Source of the DNA: Candidatus Gottesmanbacteria bacterium
Lineage (GTDB): Bacteria; Patescibacteriota; Microgenomatia; 2-02-FULL-39-11
Assembly (NCBI GenBank): GCA_016186795.1
Contig: JACPKY010000002.1
Coordinates: forward strand, 26,593 to 90,592
Direction: 5' to 3'
DNA length: 64,000 nt
The notes under the pieces are model-generated. The model had not been told where the DNA came from. It searched no databases and was given only the letters and a program-made list of their open reading frames with translations. Every line of letters starts with the position of its first letter. Positions within the stretch are counted from its first letter, which is position 1. Positions 45,308 to 54,943 of the stretch are shown here, one piece after another. The translations under genes were made by a program, and so were the position numbers.

Positions 45308-46564
45308 ATGAAACTAAACGTTTTACGAAATATCATTCTTGGCATTTCCATCCTTGTGATCACTTTTGGTATTGGATACCGGGTCGGTCAAAAATCAACC
45401 TCAGTATCGTCTTCACTTTCTGCAGTTGAGATTGTTGGACAAACAAAAGGAAAAAATCCCACAGTTGATTTTTCTCTTTTTTGGGATGTGTGGGATCGAG
45501 TCGGGAAATACTATATTGATAAAGAGAAAATTGATCCTCAGAAGATGGTATACGGTGCTATCTCAGGAATGGTTTCATCACTTGGAGACCCCTATACGGT
45601 ATTTCTCCCACCAACTCAAAATAAAGAGGCAAAGGACGATTTGGGCGGAAAGTTTGAGGGAATTGGTGCACAGTTAGGAGTAAAAGAAAAAAAGATTGTC
45701 GTCATTGCGCCTCTGAAAGGAACACCTGCTGAAACGGCCGGCATCAAATCTGGTGATTGGATTGTGAAGGTCGATGGTAAAGAGACGCTTAACTGGACTG
45801 TTTTTGAGGCTGTTTCCAAAATTCGCGGTCCAAAAGGAAGTAGTGTTGAGTTAACGATTGTTCACAAAGATGCTTCGTCTTCTTCTGATATAAAAGTGAC
45901 TCGAGATACGATCAATGTGGCATCAGTTGAGTGGGAATTGAAAAATTTAAGCTGTTCTTCAGAGAACAATTGTAAAAAAGTTGTCTACCTGAAACTGAGT
46001 CGGTTCGGTGATCAAACCAGTGAAGAATGGAACAAAGGCATAAGTGAGATTTTACAAGCGCTACCGGGAACAGCCTCTCAAACGAACGATGAAATAAAAG
46101 GGTTGGTATTTGACCTTCGCAATAACCCAGGAGGGTATCTCGCAGGGTCAGTGTTTATCGCGTCAGAGTTTTTAAAAGATGGGATTGTCGTAAAACAGGA
46201 ATCAATTCGTTCCGGAAATCAGCAGTATTCCGTAGATCGGAAAGGTAGACTAACAAGTATCCCTATGGTAGTATTAATAAATAAAGGTACAGCATCAGCA
46301 GGTGAAATTGTTGCAGGGAGTCTTCAGGAACGGGCTCGAGCGAAACTTTTTGGAGAAACGACGTTTGGAAAGGGAAGCGTCCAGGAAGCACAAGAACTAG
46401 AAGGTGGTGCTGGAATTCACATAACAACTGCAAAGTGGTTACTCCCCTCAGGGAAGTGGATTAACGGTACAGGGATAGAGCCTGATATTGCCGTCACGAA
46501 TGATGAATCCAAACCGGAGGAGGATACACAACTTCTCAAAGCTCTCGAATATCTTATAAAGTGA
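45308..46564 (+). CDS. ctpA: C-terminal processing (tail-specific) protease, S41 family, with PDZ
   Basis: PDZ block GIKSGDWIVKVDG. S41 catalytic block LINKGTASAGEIVAGSLQE. Confidence 0.85.
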   Translation: MKLNVLRNIILGISILVITFGIGYRVGQKSTSVSSSLSAVEIVGQTKGKNPTVDFSLFWDVWDRVGKYYIDKEKIDPQKMVYGAISGMVSSLGDPYTVFLPPTQNKEAKDDLGGKFEGIGAQLGVKEKKIVVIAPLKGTPAETAGIKSGDWIVKVDGKETLNWTVFEAVSKIRGPKGSSVELTIVHKDASSSSDIKVTRDTINVASVEWELKNLSCSSENNCKKVVYLKLSRFGDQTSEEWNKGISEILQALPGTASQTNDEIKGLVFDLRNNPGGYLAGSVFIASEFLKDGIVVKQESIRSGNQQYSVDRKGRLTSIPMVVLINKGTASAGEIVAGSLQERARAKLFGETTFGKGSVQEAQELEGGAGIHITTAKWLLPSGKWINGTGIEPDIAVTNDESKPEEDTQLLKALEYLIK

Positions 46565-46571
46565 AAGGAAA

Positions 46572-47726
46572 TTGATGAAACGAGTCGCATTCCTTATTCT
46601 TTTACTTATTCTTCTTGTTGGAATCGGTATCAATACTGGCCAGATCGATGTTTCAAATGTCGGCAAGTTTTTGCAGCAAAATCAGCAAACGATACTTCCC
46701 GGACTCGATCAGATCAAAGTTGTTGAGGAAGAGTCGGTTGTAACAGATGTTGTTGAGAAAGTTTCTCCCTCGGTTGTAACGATATCGATTTCACGATCTC
46801 GATCTATTGGCAGTATTTTTGAGATAGATCCATTTGATCCCTTTGGGTCTTTTCGGAGCCCGGGCAGACGTGAGCCAATTCAGCAAGATATCGGGAGCGG
46901 TTTTATTGTTTCGGCAGATGGTTTAATTGTTACCAACAAACACGTCGTTTCTGATACCACTGCAAAGTATCGAGTAGTAACAAGTGATGATAAAACGTTT
47001 GAAACACAACAGATTTACCGCGATCCAGTCAATGATCTTGCCATCATTAAAATTAACGCGACTGGACTGAAACCCGTCACACTTGGTGATTCAGCAAAAA
47101 TGAAAGTAGGACAACGGGCAATTGCAATTGGAACGGCGCTTGGTGAATTTCGTAACACCGTAACTGTTGGTGTGATTTCAGGACTCGGGCGAGGAATAAC
47201 AGCAGGAAGTCCGTTTGAAGGGTATGTTGAACGGTTGGATAATGTTATCCAAACAGATGCTGCAATTAACCCGGGAAATTCTGGCGGACCACTCTTAAAC
47301 TCAGCCGGTCAAGTTATCGGAGTAAATGTTGCAGTGGCATCTGAAGGACAAAGTATAGGGTTTGCATTGCCAATCAATCTTGTCAAAGAATCACTTACCG
47401 AATTTAATAAAAATGGGGGAAAGTTTCAACGTCCGTATCTTGGAGTTCAGTACAAAATGATCACCCGAGATTTAGCCCTTCTCAACGACGTACCAGAGGG
47501 AGCATACGTCCAAGACGTTGTTCCTGATTCACCGGCAGAAAAGGCAGGGATTGACAGTGAGGATATCATAACCAAAATCAATGGCCAGAAAGTTACCGAG
47601 AAAGATGGAGGACTCTCAAGTATTATAGCCAAAAGTAAAGTTGGAGATACTGTGACATTGGAAATATGGAGAGAGGGAGAAACGAAAGAGATCAAAGTCA
47701 CGATAGGGGAGTATAGTGGAGAATAA
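46572..47726 (+). CDS. htrA: HtrA/DegP-family serine protease with PDZ
   Basis: Catalytic GNSGGPLLN. TNKHVV His. C-terminal PDZ. Confidence 0.9.
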   Translation: MMKRVAFLILLLILLVGIGINTGQIDVSNVGKFLQQNQQTILPGLDQIKVVEEESVVTDVVEKVSPSVVTISISRSRSIGSIFEIDPFDPFGSFRSPGRREPIQQDIGSGFIVSADGLIVTNKHVVSDTTAKYRVVTSDDKTFETQQIYRDPVNDLAIIKINATGLKPVTLGDSAKMKVGQRAIAIGTALGEFRNTVTVGVISGLGRGITAGSPFEGYVERLDNVIQTDAAINPGNSGGPLLNSAGQVIGVNVAVASEGQSIGFALPINLVKESLTEFNKNGGKFQRPYLGVQYKMITRDLALLNDVPEGAYVQDVVPDSPAEKAGIDSEDIITKINGQKVTEKDGGLSSIIAKSKVGDTVTLEIWREGETKEIKVTIGEYSGE

Positions 47727-47734
47727 AAGAAATT

Positions 47735-48442
47735 TTAGTTGGTAGTCTGAGTAAACTGCAATAAAGTATTTACTACTTTTTCAAGTTTTCCTTCTACGAT
47801 CTCTTCCAGATTGTGCCAGCTTTTATTGATTCGATGATCCGTAACTCGATTTTGAGGAAAGTTATATGTTCGAATTTTTTCAGCTCTCATCCCTCGTCCG
47901 ATAAGAAGTCTTGCAGTTGAAAGTTGTTGCTCTTTCTTTTGCTCTTCCACTTCCCAGAGTTTTGATCTCAGAAGCTCTAGCGCAATCCTTCTATTTTGCT
48001 CCTGACTTCTTTCTCGTTGTGCGGAGGTAACGATACCGGTTAATTTGTGTCTCAAGCGAACGGCAGTTGATACTTTGTTGACATTTTGGCCACCTTTTCC
48101 ACCGCTTCTATAAAAATCCCACTCCAAATCTTGCGGATTTACATAAATTTGGTTTTGTTCAATCTCAGGAAGTACTGCAACCGTTGCTGTTGACGTATGA
48201 ATGCGTCCCGACCTTTCTGTTTTCGGAATCCTCTGAACTCGATGGACTCCTGCCTCAAATTGAAGTTGTGAGAATGCATTGGGGCCGGTAATTTTTACAA
48301 CAGAATCGTCAAGGAAATCAACTCTCCAGCTTTTTATTGCCGCAAAACGAGTATACATGCGAAGTAAATCACCTGCCCAGATCTTTGCTTCGTCACCACC
48401 AGTTCCCCCACGTATTTCGATGATTGCTATATTTTGGTTCAT
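47735..48442 (-). CDS. prfA: class-I peptide chain release factor, RF1-like (PKT tripeptide, GGQ), lacking N-terminal domain 1 (235 aa)
   Basis: [37 protein letters not shown] carries the RF1 PxT-type motif. Protein starts at the domain-2 block [12 protein letters not shown]. Only 31 nt separate it from the upstream rpmE. Confidence 0.7.
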   Translation of the reverse strand: MNQNIAIIEIRGGTGGDEAKIWAGDLLRMYTRFAAIKSWRVDFLDDSVVKITGPNAFSQLQFEAGVHRVQRIPKTERSGRIHTSTATVAVLPEIEQNQIYVNPQDLEWDFYRSGGKGGQNVNKVSTAVRLRHKLTGIVTSAQRERSQEQNRRIALELLRSKLWEVEEQKKEQQLSTARLLIGRGMRAEKIRTYNFPQNRVTDHRINKSWHNLEEIVEGKLEKVVNTLLQFTQTTN

Positions 48443-48473
48443 AGGGAAATTTACGGATTATTGCCAAAGCGAA

Positions 48474-48779
48474 TTAACTTCCTAACAGCATTTCTCGAAG
48501 TGACTTGGGAGATCGAATTTGTTCTTGTCGTTCAAGTTTTTTTTGTCGTTTGCTGGCAATGTGAGCTTTTTGTTCTTTTGCGATTTTCTGTTTCTGTTGG
48601 AAGCGATCTACCCTGCCCATCGTATCAACAAACTTCATTTCACCGGTAAAGAATGGATGACATTTGCTACAGATTTCGACCCGAATATTTTCTTTGGTTG
48701 AACCAATGGTGAAGGTAGTACCGCAGGCGCACAGAACCTGTGCGTTTGGATACCACTGAGGGTGAATTTTCGCTTTCAT
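48474..48779 (-). CDS. rpmE: 50S ribosomal protein L31
   Basis: [10 protein letters not shown]...CxCG...[10 protein letters not shown]. Confidence 0.9.
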   Translation of the reverse strand: MKAKIHPQWYPNAQVLCACGTTFTIGSTKENIRVEICSKCHPFFTGEMKFVDTMGRVDRFQQKQKIAKEQKAHIASKRQKKLERQEQIRSPKSLREMLLGS

Positions 48780-48797
48780 AGAGTGCCCATTATAGCA

Positions 48798-49706
48798 TCA
48801 AGAGTGCAGTTTGTGAAGCGGGTGGTAGTTGAGTCTTCCTTCTGCGATGAATATCCCCCCGAAAATAAAAATACTTCCGACGATAAAGACAGGAGTAATT
48901 GTTTCCCCAAGAAGTGGATAGGCAAGAGTTGCAGCAACAACTGGATCAATATAGGCAAAAATGCCAATTTCTTGGCCCGGGATTTTTCGAATTCCCCAGT
49001 CGTAAAGAGTGTACGCAATCGTTGATGAGAGGAAAATCCCAAAAATGATTCCAAGTATTCCACGATAGTCAAGAGGGGGTATCGGGCGAAATGCCACCTG
49101 TTCAAAAAGAAAGAGGGGAAAGAAGCTATACGCCCCAATAAGAAATGACCAGAAAGTGAGAGTTTTTGCACTGTACCTATTGAGAATTGGTTTGCCGATA
49201 ATTGTATGACCAACTATTCCCAACGCTGCGATCAAGAAAAACAAATTTCCAATACTTTCTAAAGCAAAACCCTGTTCAAATAGGGGTTGGATGAGGAAAA
49301 GAAGCACCCCACACATACTAACCAGAAGTCCCAAAAAAGTTTTGAGGTGGAACTTTTCCTTCAAAAAAAGTAGTGAAAGTAAGTACAAAAAAGCAGGTGA
49401 GGAGGATGCAATGATTGGCATATTGATTGAAGGAGCAAGTTTGAGACCGAGGAAAAAAAATGAGATGTTTATAGTTATACCAAAGAGGGAGAAGAAGAAA
49501 AGCGCTGTCCAATCTTTTCTTGAAATTGTAAGATTTGGCAGCACAAATGGTAACAGGAGAAATGAAGCTCCAAGAAATCTTATAAAAGCCAATGTAAACG
49601 GGGGGATATTTTCCAGTGAAAGTTTAAAAATAGGAGAGGCCATCCCCCAGATGATATTTGCACTAATCAGGGCAACTATGGCTTTTCTATGTGAGGTTGA
49701 GAGCAT
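48798..49706 (-). CDS. EamA/DMT-superfamily transporter
   Basis: Ten hydrophobic helices. Duplicated EamA-like halves. Confidence 0.75.
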   Translation of the reverse strand: MLSTSHRKAIVALISANIIWGMASPIFKLSLENIPPFTLAFIRFLGASFLLLPFVLPNLTISRKDWTALFFFSLFGITINISFFFLGLKLAPSINMPIIASSSPAFLYLLSLLFLKEKFHLKTFLGLLVSMCGVLLFLIQPLFEQGFALESIGNLFFLIAALGIVGHTIIGKPILNRYSAKTLTFWSFLIGAYSFFPLFLFEQVAFRPIPPLDYRGILGIIFGIFLSSTIAYTLYDWGIRKIPGQEIGIFAYIDPVVAATLAYPLLGETITPVFIVGSIFIFGGIFIAEGRLNYHPLHKLHS

Positions 49707-50904
49707 GGGGCAGTTCCTTTAATTGCACCGTTTTTTGTGTACGGGTAGCGAGATTTTTCACGGTAACGGATTGCTTTCTTAACTCATCCGGGCCAGCTAT
49801 AAGGACAAGCGGCACCCCCTTTTTGAGTGCGTATTTGAGCTGTTTTTCTAACTTCTGATTTGGATCAGGAAAAAGATCGGTAGGAATTGCGTGCGATCGA
49901 AGAAGTTGTGCAATTTTTTGGGAATATCGAAGTGTCGTTTCGTCAAAAATTGTCACTAAAACTTTTGTTTTGGTAGAAATTGGTGGGAAAAGACCCAGTT
50001 CCTCCATCGCAAGAATAGTTCGGTCAAAACCGATAGCAAAACCAGTCCCTGGTACTTTCATATTTGAAAAACGCGATACAAGGCTATCAAATCGTTCTCC
50101 ACCCAAAAGACTGCCCGTTGGAAAGTCGCCAACAACTATTTCCCAAATTGGCCCGGTAGAGTAAGAGAACGAACGGGCAAGGGTTGGTTTATATTGATAA
50201 TTTTCTGTTAAACCGTAACCATCAAGATAGTCAAAAATCTTTTTCAATCTGTCATTCGGTTTATTATTTTTGATTGTATCAAGGAGTGTTTTGGCATCCT
50301 TGTTGGAAAAACCTTTTTGGTTTAATTCTTGTAAAACCCCTGATGCCCCAACCTTCTCTAATTTATCAATTGCTGTTATTGCTTTATACGGTATATCTTT
50401 ATAGAGTTCTCTGTCATTTATGATGGCGATGGGTTTTTTAAACCGTAGGTTCTTATAAATATCAATAGAAAGAGCAATCGTTTCTCCATCGGCAGATGCA
50501 TCTTCCACTCCAAAAATATCCGCATCACACTGCAGAAATTCTCTATACCTTCCTTTTTGCGGTTTCTCGGCCCTCCAGACAGTCTGGATTTGGTACCGTT
50601 TGAATGGAAGGGTGATTTTACTAGGATACTGGGCGATGACCCGACATGTTGGTACGGTTTGGTCATAGCGAAGAGCAACATCTCTTCCTCCCTGATCTTT
50701 GAATTTATAAAAAAGATGCTCGTCCTCGCCAATATTGCCGGTGAATGTTTCCAAGTATTCTATGGCCGGTGTTTCGATGGGGACGAATCCGTAAAGTTCG
50801 AAGGTTCTTCGTATGACATCGATAACATACTGGCGCTTCTGCGCATCCTCAGGCAGAAAATCGCGGAAGCCTTTGAGAATTTGTGGAGTTATCAGTTTAT
50901 TCAT
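49687..50904 (-). CDS. hisS: histidyl-tRNA synthetase
   Basis: N-terminal PKGFRDFLPED. Class II motifs. Anticodon-binding C-terminal domain. Confidence 0.9.
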   Translation of the reverse strand: MNKLITPQILKGFRDFLPEDAQKRQYVIDVIRRTFELYGFVPIETPAIEYLETFTGNIGEDEHLFYKFKDQGGRDVALRYDQTVPTCRVIAQYPSKITLPFKRYQIQTVWRAEKPQKGRYREFLQCDADIFGVEDASADGETIALSIDIYKNLRFKKPIAIINDRELYKDIPYKAITAIDKLEKVGASGVLQELNQKGFSNKDAKTLLDTIKNNKPNDRLKKIFDYLDGYGLTENYQYKPTLARSFSYSTGPIWEIVVGDFPTGSLLGGERFDSLVSRFSNMKVPGTGFAIGFDRTILAMEELGLFPPISTKTKVLVTIFDETTLRYSQKIAQLLRSHAIPTDLFPDPNQKLEKQLKYALKKGVPLVLIAGPDELRKQSVTVKNLATRTQKTVQLKELPHALNLT

Positions 50905-52028
50905 AAAATGATCATCTCTTTAGTCGATTTTGTAAGAATTTCCGCTCCTTTACTTCTTAATACTACCAAATCCTCAATGCGGACACCACCGTAGTCCTCG
51001 ATGTAGATACCGGGTTCAACAGTGACGACCATGTTTTTACCAAGTTTCTCCTTTGACCCCTTTTTTAGTCTTGGAGCTTCATGGATGGCGCATCCCACTC
51101 CATGACCCAACCCATGGGGATACGGGGGGAATCCTGTCTCCTCAATTATTTTTCGGGCGATTTTATCAACGGAACTTGCGGAAATTCCGGCAGTAAGAGC
51201 GTTGAGTGCTTTTTTTTGGGCTGCGAAAACTGTTTCATACATTTTTCTTTTCTGAAAAGAGGGAGTTTTATAGAAAATGACCCGGGTCATATCCGAGCAG
51301 TACCCTTTGAATTTTGCGCCAAAATCCAAAAGAATGAGACTTCCTTTTTGCACACGCCTTTTCGTTCCTGACATATAATGGGGGATAGCGGAACTTTCAT
51401 CAATTGCGACAATTGGAGGAAAGGAAACATCGTCACTATTTCTTTTGATAAAAGACTCTATCTCAATAGCTAGTTCCTTCTCGCATACTCCTTTCGACAC
51501 TTTCTTCAAAATATATGAGAATGCGCGGTCGGCAACCTCGGAGGCTATTTTGATTTTACCTATTTCTTCACGTGTTTTTATCACACGAAGATTTTCTACG
51601 ATCCCCTCGGTTCTTTTGAGACGAACAGAGAGCTTCTTGGAAAGAGATTCAAATTCAGAAAGAGTAAGATTTTGTTTCTCAACTCCCATGGATTGAGAGT
51701 GAGATTTCTGAAGGATTTTTTCGAGATGGTCAGATAGTCGAATATCATAAGTTATGCAAAGTGTTTTAAATTCCCTCTCTTTTTTGGGGTAGAGACCATA
51801 GGATGTTGGAAACGTAAGAAGGTACGCCTCTCTTTTGGTAACAAAGAGAAATCCTTCCCGTTCATTTGGAGATAAGCCAACAAACCCGGTGAGATATGAA
51901 ACATTGTACTGATCAGATATGAAAAGACTGTCGATGTGCAGCCGTTCAAAAGATTTCTGAAGGATTTGGATTCTATCGTGCATTTTGAAATATTTCTGTA
52001 TTGTACCAAACTTCGCTATACTATACAT
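50901..52028 (-). CDS. pepP: M24-family Xaa-Pro aminopeptidase
   Basis: HGLGHGVGCAIHE metal-binding block. Creatinase-like N-terminal domain. Confidence 0.85.
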   Translation of the reverse strand: MYSIAKFGTIQKYFKMHDRIQILQKSFERLHIDSLFISDQYNVSYLTGFVGLSPNEREGFLFVTKREAYLLTFPTSYGLYPKKEREFKTLCITYDIRLSDHLEKILQKSHSQSMGVEKQNLTLSEFESLSKKLSVRLKRTEGIVENLRVIKTREEIGKIKIASEVADRAFSYILKKVSKGVCEKELAIEIESFIKRNSDDVSFPPIVAIDESSAIPHYMSGTKRRVQKGSLILLDFGAKFKGYCSDMTRVIFYKTPSFQKRKMYETVFAAQKKALNALTAGISASSVDKIARKIIEETGFPPYPHGLGHGVGCAIHEAPRLKKGSKEKLGKNMVVTVEPGIYIEDYGGVRIEDLVVLRSKGAEILTKSTKEMIIL

Positions 52029-52856
52029 ATGACGAGCCCTTCATATCCATTAGAGCTATCAAAAGTTCGGGATTTTTTGATAAATATTTTACCCACGGCA
52101 GGACAGATAATTCGAAGATACTATCATGCTGAAATGATACCGCAGAAAAAGAAAGGGACGATTGATTTCGTGACTGTTGCTGATTTGAAGGCGGATGAGT
52201 TCTTACGAGACCAATTACACCGCCAGTTTCCTGATATTCCCGTTCTTACGGAAGAAACTGCACCGTCTGACTTGGACCAATATATCAAACACGAACTGCT
52301 CTTTATTGTCGATCCTTTGGATGGTACTGCCAATTTTGCCAGAGGTGATGCAAATTATTCCATCAGTGTTGGACTTTCATGGAAGGGACAATCCATTTTG
52401 GGGGTATTATTCGTTCCAGTATCCAGCAGGATGTTCTGGGCTCAAGCCGATCGAGACGGTGCGTATTGGAATGGAAGGAGAATTCACGTATCAACCGTTT
52501 CAAATCTTTATGAAGCAGTCGTATGCACGGATTGGTCCCACATTTTATCAACGCGCGATTCTACAACAAACTTTTTAAAAAAAGTATTTGGACATGTTCG
52601 GCAGATAAAAATACTTGGATCGGCTGCAACGAATTTATCACTCCTTGCGCTTGGAGCAATTGATATTTACAGCCATGTTCATCTCATGCCATGGGATACG
52701 GCAGCAGCTGTGCTTATTGCCCAAAAAGCGGGAGCGACTGTCTCCGATTCGAAAGGGTACGCTTGGAATGTTTTTACTCCGGATATTTTAGCCGCAAATA
52801 GTGTGCTTCACAGGAAAATGCTGAAGTTTCTTTCTGGGAAGAGAACATCAAAGTGA
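52029..52856 (+). CDS. suhB: inositol monophosphatase family protein
   Basis: DPLDGTANFARG and LTEET metal-binding motifs. Confidence 0.8.
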   Translation: MTSPSYPLELSKVRDFLINILPTAGQIIRRYYHAEMIPQKKKGTIDFVTVADLKADEFLRDQLHRQFPDIPVLTEETAPSDLDQYIKHELLFIVDPLDGTANFARGDANYSISVGLSWKGQSILGVLFVPVSSRMFWAQADRDGAYWNGRRIHVSTVSNLYEAVVCTDWSHILSTRDSTTNFLKKVFGHVRQIKILGSAATNLSLLALGAIDIYSHVHLMPWDTAAAVLIAQKAGATVSDSKGYAWNVFTPDILAANSVLHRKMLKFLSGKRTSK

Positions 52857-52879
52857 CCTTCAGAGGTTGTGTGTACCTA

Positions 52880-53689
52880 TCACGGTTTCTTTGTTGGTAT
52901 GGCGGATGGAGTAGAGGTATTACTTTTGGGAGTAATTTTTGGTGATACTGTTGCTGATGGTGAAGAAACAAGGGAACCTGTTTCTTGAGGTAGTATTGAT
53001 ACAAGGGTAATAAGTCTTCGTATTGAGACACGATTTACTTCTTTGGAGTTTGGAGTTGCCAGGGCATGAATTGAACTTCCGACGGCAAGTTTTGAAAATC
53101 CACCCTTCACGAGTCCCTTCATGGGGTCGATGAGAAACATCTGTGAGTACGTTTCGATATCAGCCAAAGTTTCTCCTTGAGCGTCTTTGATGGTGACAGT
53201 GTAGTTACTTTTTTCTATATTAGAAATCTTTCCGCTTAAAAATAGGAGAGGTGTTTGGCTATAGACATATTTTGCAATGAGGGTACCGCTATCTTCGAAG
53301 TACCCAATTGCCGAAATTGTATCGTCCACTTTCAATTTACGTACGTCCAGCTGGTTTCGAGTTGCTCCATCAAGAGTGAAAAATGTTGTGTCATCTGAGT
53401 ACGTGAGCGATTTTTCCCCTATCCGTGTTGTTAACGTAATTGATTTATCACTAAGCGTCTTAATTTTTCCACCAACTGCTCCTTTTTCGCTTTTTCGAAG
53501 CTCAGCGACTTTTGTGGCGATTTTATCTTTGAGTACTTCAATTTTTTTCAGCTTATCCAAAAGTCCAGAAGGTGTTGCTTCATCTGGCACAGGAGTAGGG
53601 GTTGCGGCGAGCATTGGAGAAGAGGTAACGATAAGGCTTGCTATGACTATGATACCTGTAATGAATATTTTTTTGAATGCGAATATCAT
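52880..53689 (-). CDS. secreted hypothetical protein with N-terminal signal peptide (269 aa)
   Basis: Signal peptide IIVIASLIVTSSPMLAATP. Thr/Ser-rich. Confidence 0.5.
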   Translation of the reverse strand: MIFAFKKIFITGIIVIASLIVTSSPMLAATPTPVPDEATPSGLLDKLKKIEVLKDKIATKVAELRKSEKGAVGGKIKTLSDKSITLTTRIGEKSLTYSDDTTFFTLDGATRNQLDVRKLKVDDTISAIGYFEDSGTLIAKYVYSQTPLLFLSGKISNIEKSNYTVTIKDAQGETLADIETYSQMFLIDPMKGLVKGGFSKLAVGSSIHALATPNSKEVNRVSIRRLITLVSILPQETGSLVSSPSATVSPKITPKSNTSTPSAIPTKKP

Positions 53690-53695
53690 AGAGAA

Positions 53696-54133
53696 TTAGA
53701 GTTCCTCAGGTGTGTAAAATACAGTGCGTGTTTCAGTTGCAATTTGTCCATTTTCCGCGATGTTGGTAAAGTACAGTGTATTTGCGCCTTCATTTATTTT
53801 GAGTTTTCCCTCAAACGTACCGGAGGCTGATGCTTCAACAATTTTACTCTCACTTTCTGATTCAAGAAGAATTTTTGTCGAAGGACCTGCAGATCCAACA
53901 ACCGAGAGTGTATTTGAATCAGAAACGCTCTGATCGGAAGGTGAAGTTACCGCGAATGAATTCAGTTGTACTTCCTTTGGCGTCATGGAAGGAGCAAATG
54001 ATGGAGAGATTGTCTCGGCAGGCAATGATTTTCTTGCTTGTGATAGAAGAGTTGGTAGGCTGGTTGCAGTGACAGCAACAACGCTTCCAACGACAAAACC
54101 GACACCAACCGCGATCAAAATATCCTGCTTCAT
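53696..54133 (-). CDS. secreted or membrane-anchored hypothetical protein (145 aa)
   Basis: Signal/anchor IAVGVGFVVGSVVAVTA. Ser-rich. Confidence 0.5.
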   Translation of the reverse strand: MKQDILIAVGVGFVVGSVVAVTATSLPTLLSQARKSLPAETISPSFAPSMTPKEVQLNSFAVTSPSDQSVSDSNTLSVVGSAGPSTKILLESESESKIVEASASGTFEGKLKINEGANTLYFTNIAENGQIATETRTVFYTPEEL

Positions 54134-54213
54134 AGGGTGTTATAGTGTAGACTTACTTTACACCTCTTGTCAAGGAAAATTAAACATGCTAAAGTCGAAA
54201 GACTTTTACTCTC

Positions 54214-54855
54214 ATGGAAATTACCTACCTCGGACACTCATCATTTAAATTACGAGGAAAAAACGCGATCGTAGTAACTGATCCTTTTGATCCCAAATTC
54301 GTGGGCCTCAAGTTTCCCAAAATACCAGCCGATATTGTTACCATTTCGCATGAACACCATGATCATAATTTCCGAGAGGCAGTTGATGGGACGCCAGTTA
54401 TTGTTTCCGGGGCGGGGGAGTATGAAGTGAAAGGAATAAAGATCATTGGGATAGATACATTTCATGATGCATCTCTGGGATCTGAACGAGGTGGAAATAC
54501 GATTTACCGCATTGAAATGGACGGAATCTCCCTTGTCCATTGTGGTGATTTAGGACATAAGCTTACCGAAGCGCAACTTGATACAATCGGGGATGTTGGC
54601 ATTCTCATGATCCCCGTCGGAGGATATTTTACATTGGATGCGGCTTTGGCATCGGAAGTTGTTTCTCAAATAACGCCAAAGATTATTATTCCTATGCACT
54701 ATAAGAGAGATGGGCTTACCAAAGACTTTGATGTGCTTTCTACCCTCGATCTTTTTCTGAAGGAAATGGGAAAGGAAGGAATTACACCGGTACCGAAATT
54801 GACTGTATCTCAAGACAAATTACCAACGGAAACGACGGTTGTGGTACTTTCATAA
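54214..54855 (+). CDS. MBL-fold metal-dependent hydrolase (UPF0173/UlaG-like)
   Basis: MEITYLGHSSFKL...DPF...HEHHDHN metallo-beta-lactamase motifs. Confidence 0.75.
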   Translation: MEITYLGHSSFKLRGKNAIVVTDPFDPKFVGLKFPKIPADIVTISHEHHDHNFREAVDGTPVIVSGAGEYEVKGIKIIGIDTFHDASLGSERGGNTIYRIEMDGISLVHCGDLGHKLTEAQLDTIGDVGILMIPVGGYFTLDAALASEVVSQITPKIIIPMHYKRDGLTKDFDVLSTLDLFLKEMGKEGITPVPKLTVSQDKLPTETTVVVLS

Positions 54856-54943
54856 TAGCAAATATCAACCTCAAATATCAAATACACTTATCAAAAAAAT
54901 AAATATTTTTTCTATTTGATATTTACTTTGTGTTTTTAATTTT

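Noticed and set aside
47735-48473. Hypothesis that the short release factor is RF2 with a programmed +1 frameshift or a split gene
   Set aside because: Only 31 nt separate it from rpmE, so there is no room for domain 1 in any frame. The tripeptide motif is PKT (RF1-type), not SPF.
54856-54943. AT-rich repeats (aaatatcaaa / tttgatattt) upstream of dnaB as a replication origin
   Set aside because: There is only one weak DnaA-box-like site (ttatcaaaa) and no dnaA nearby. Probably just a promoter region.
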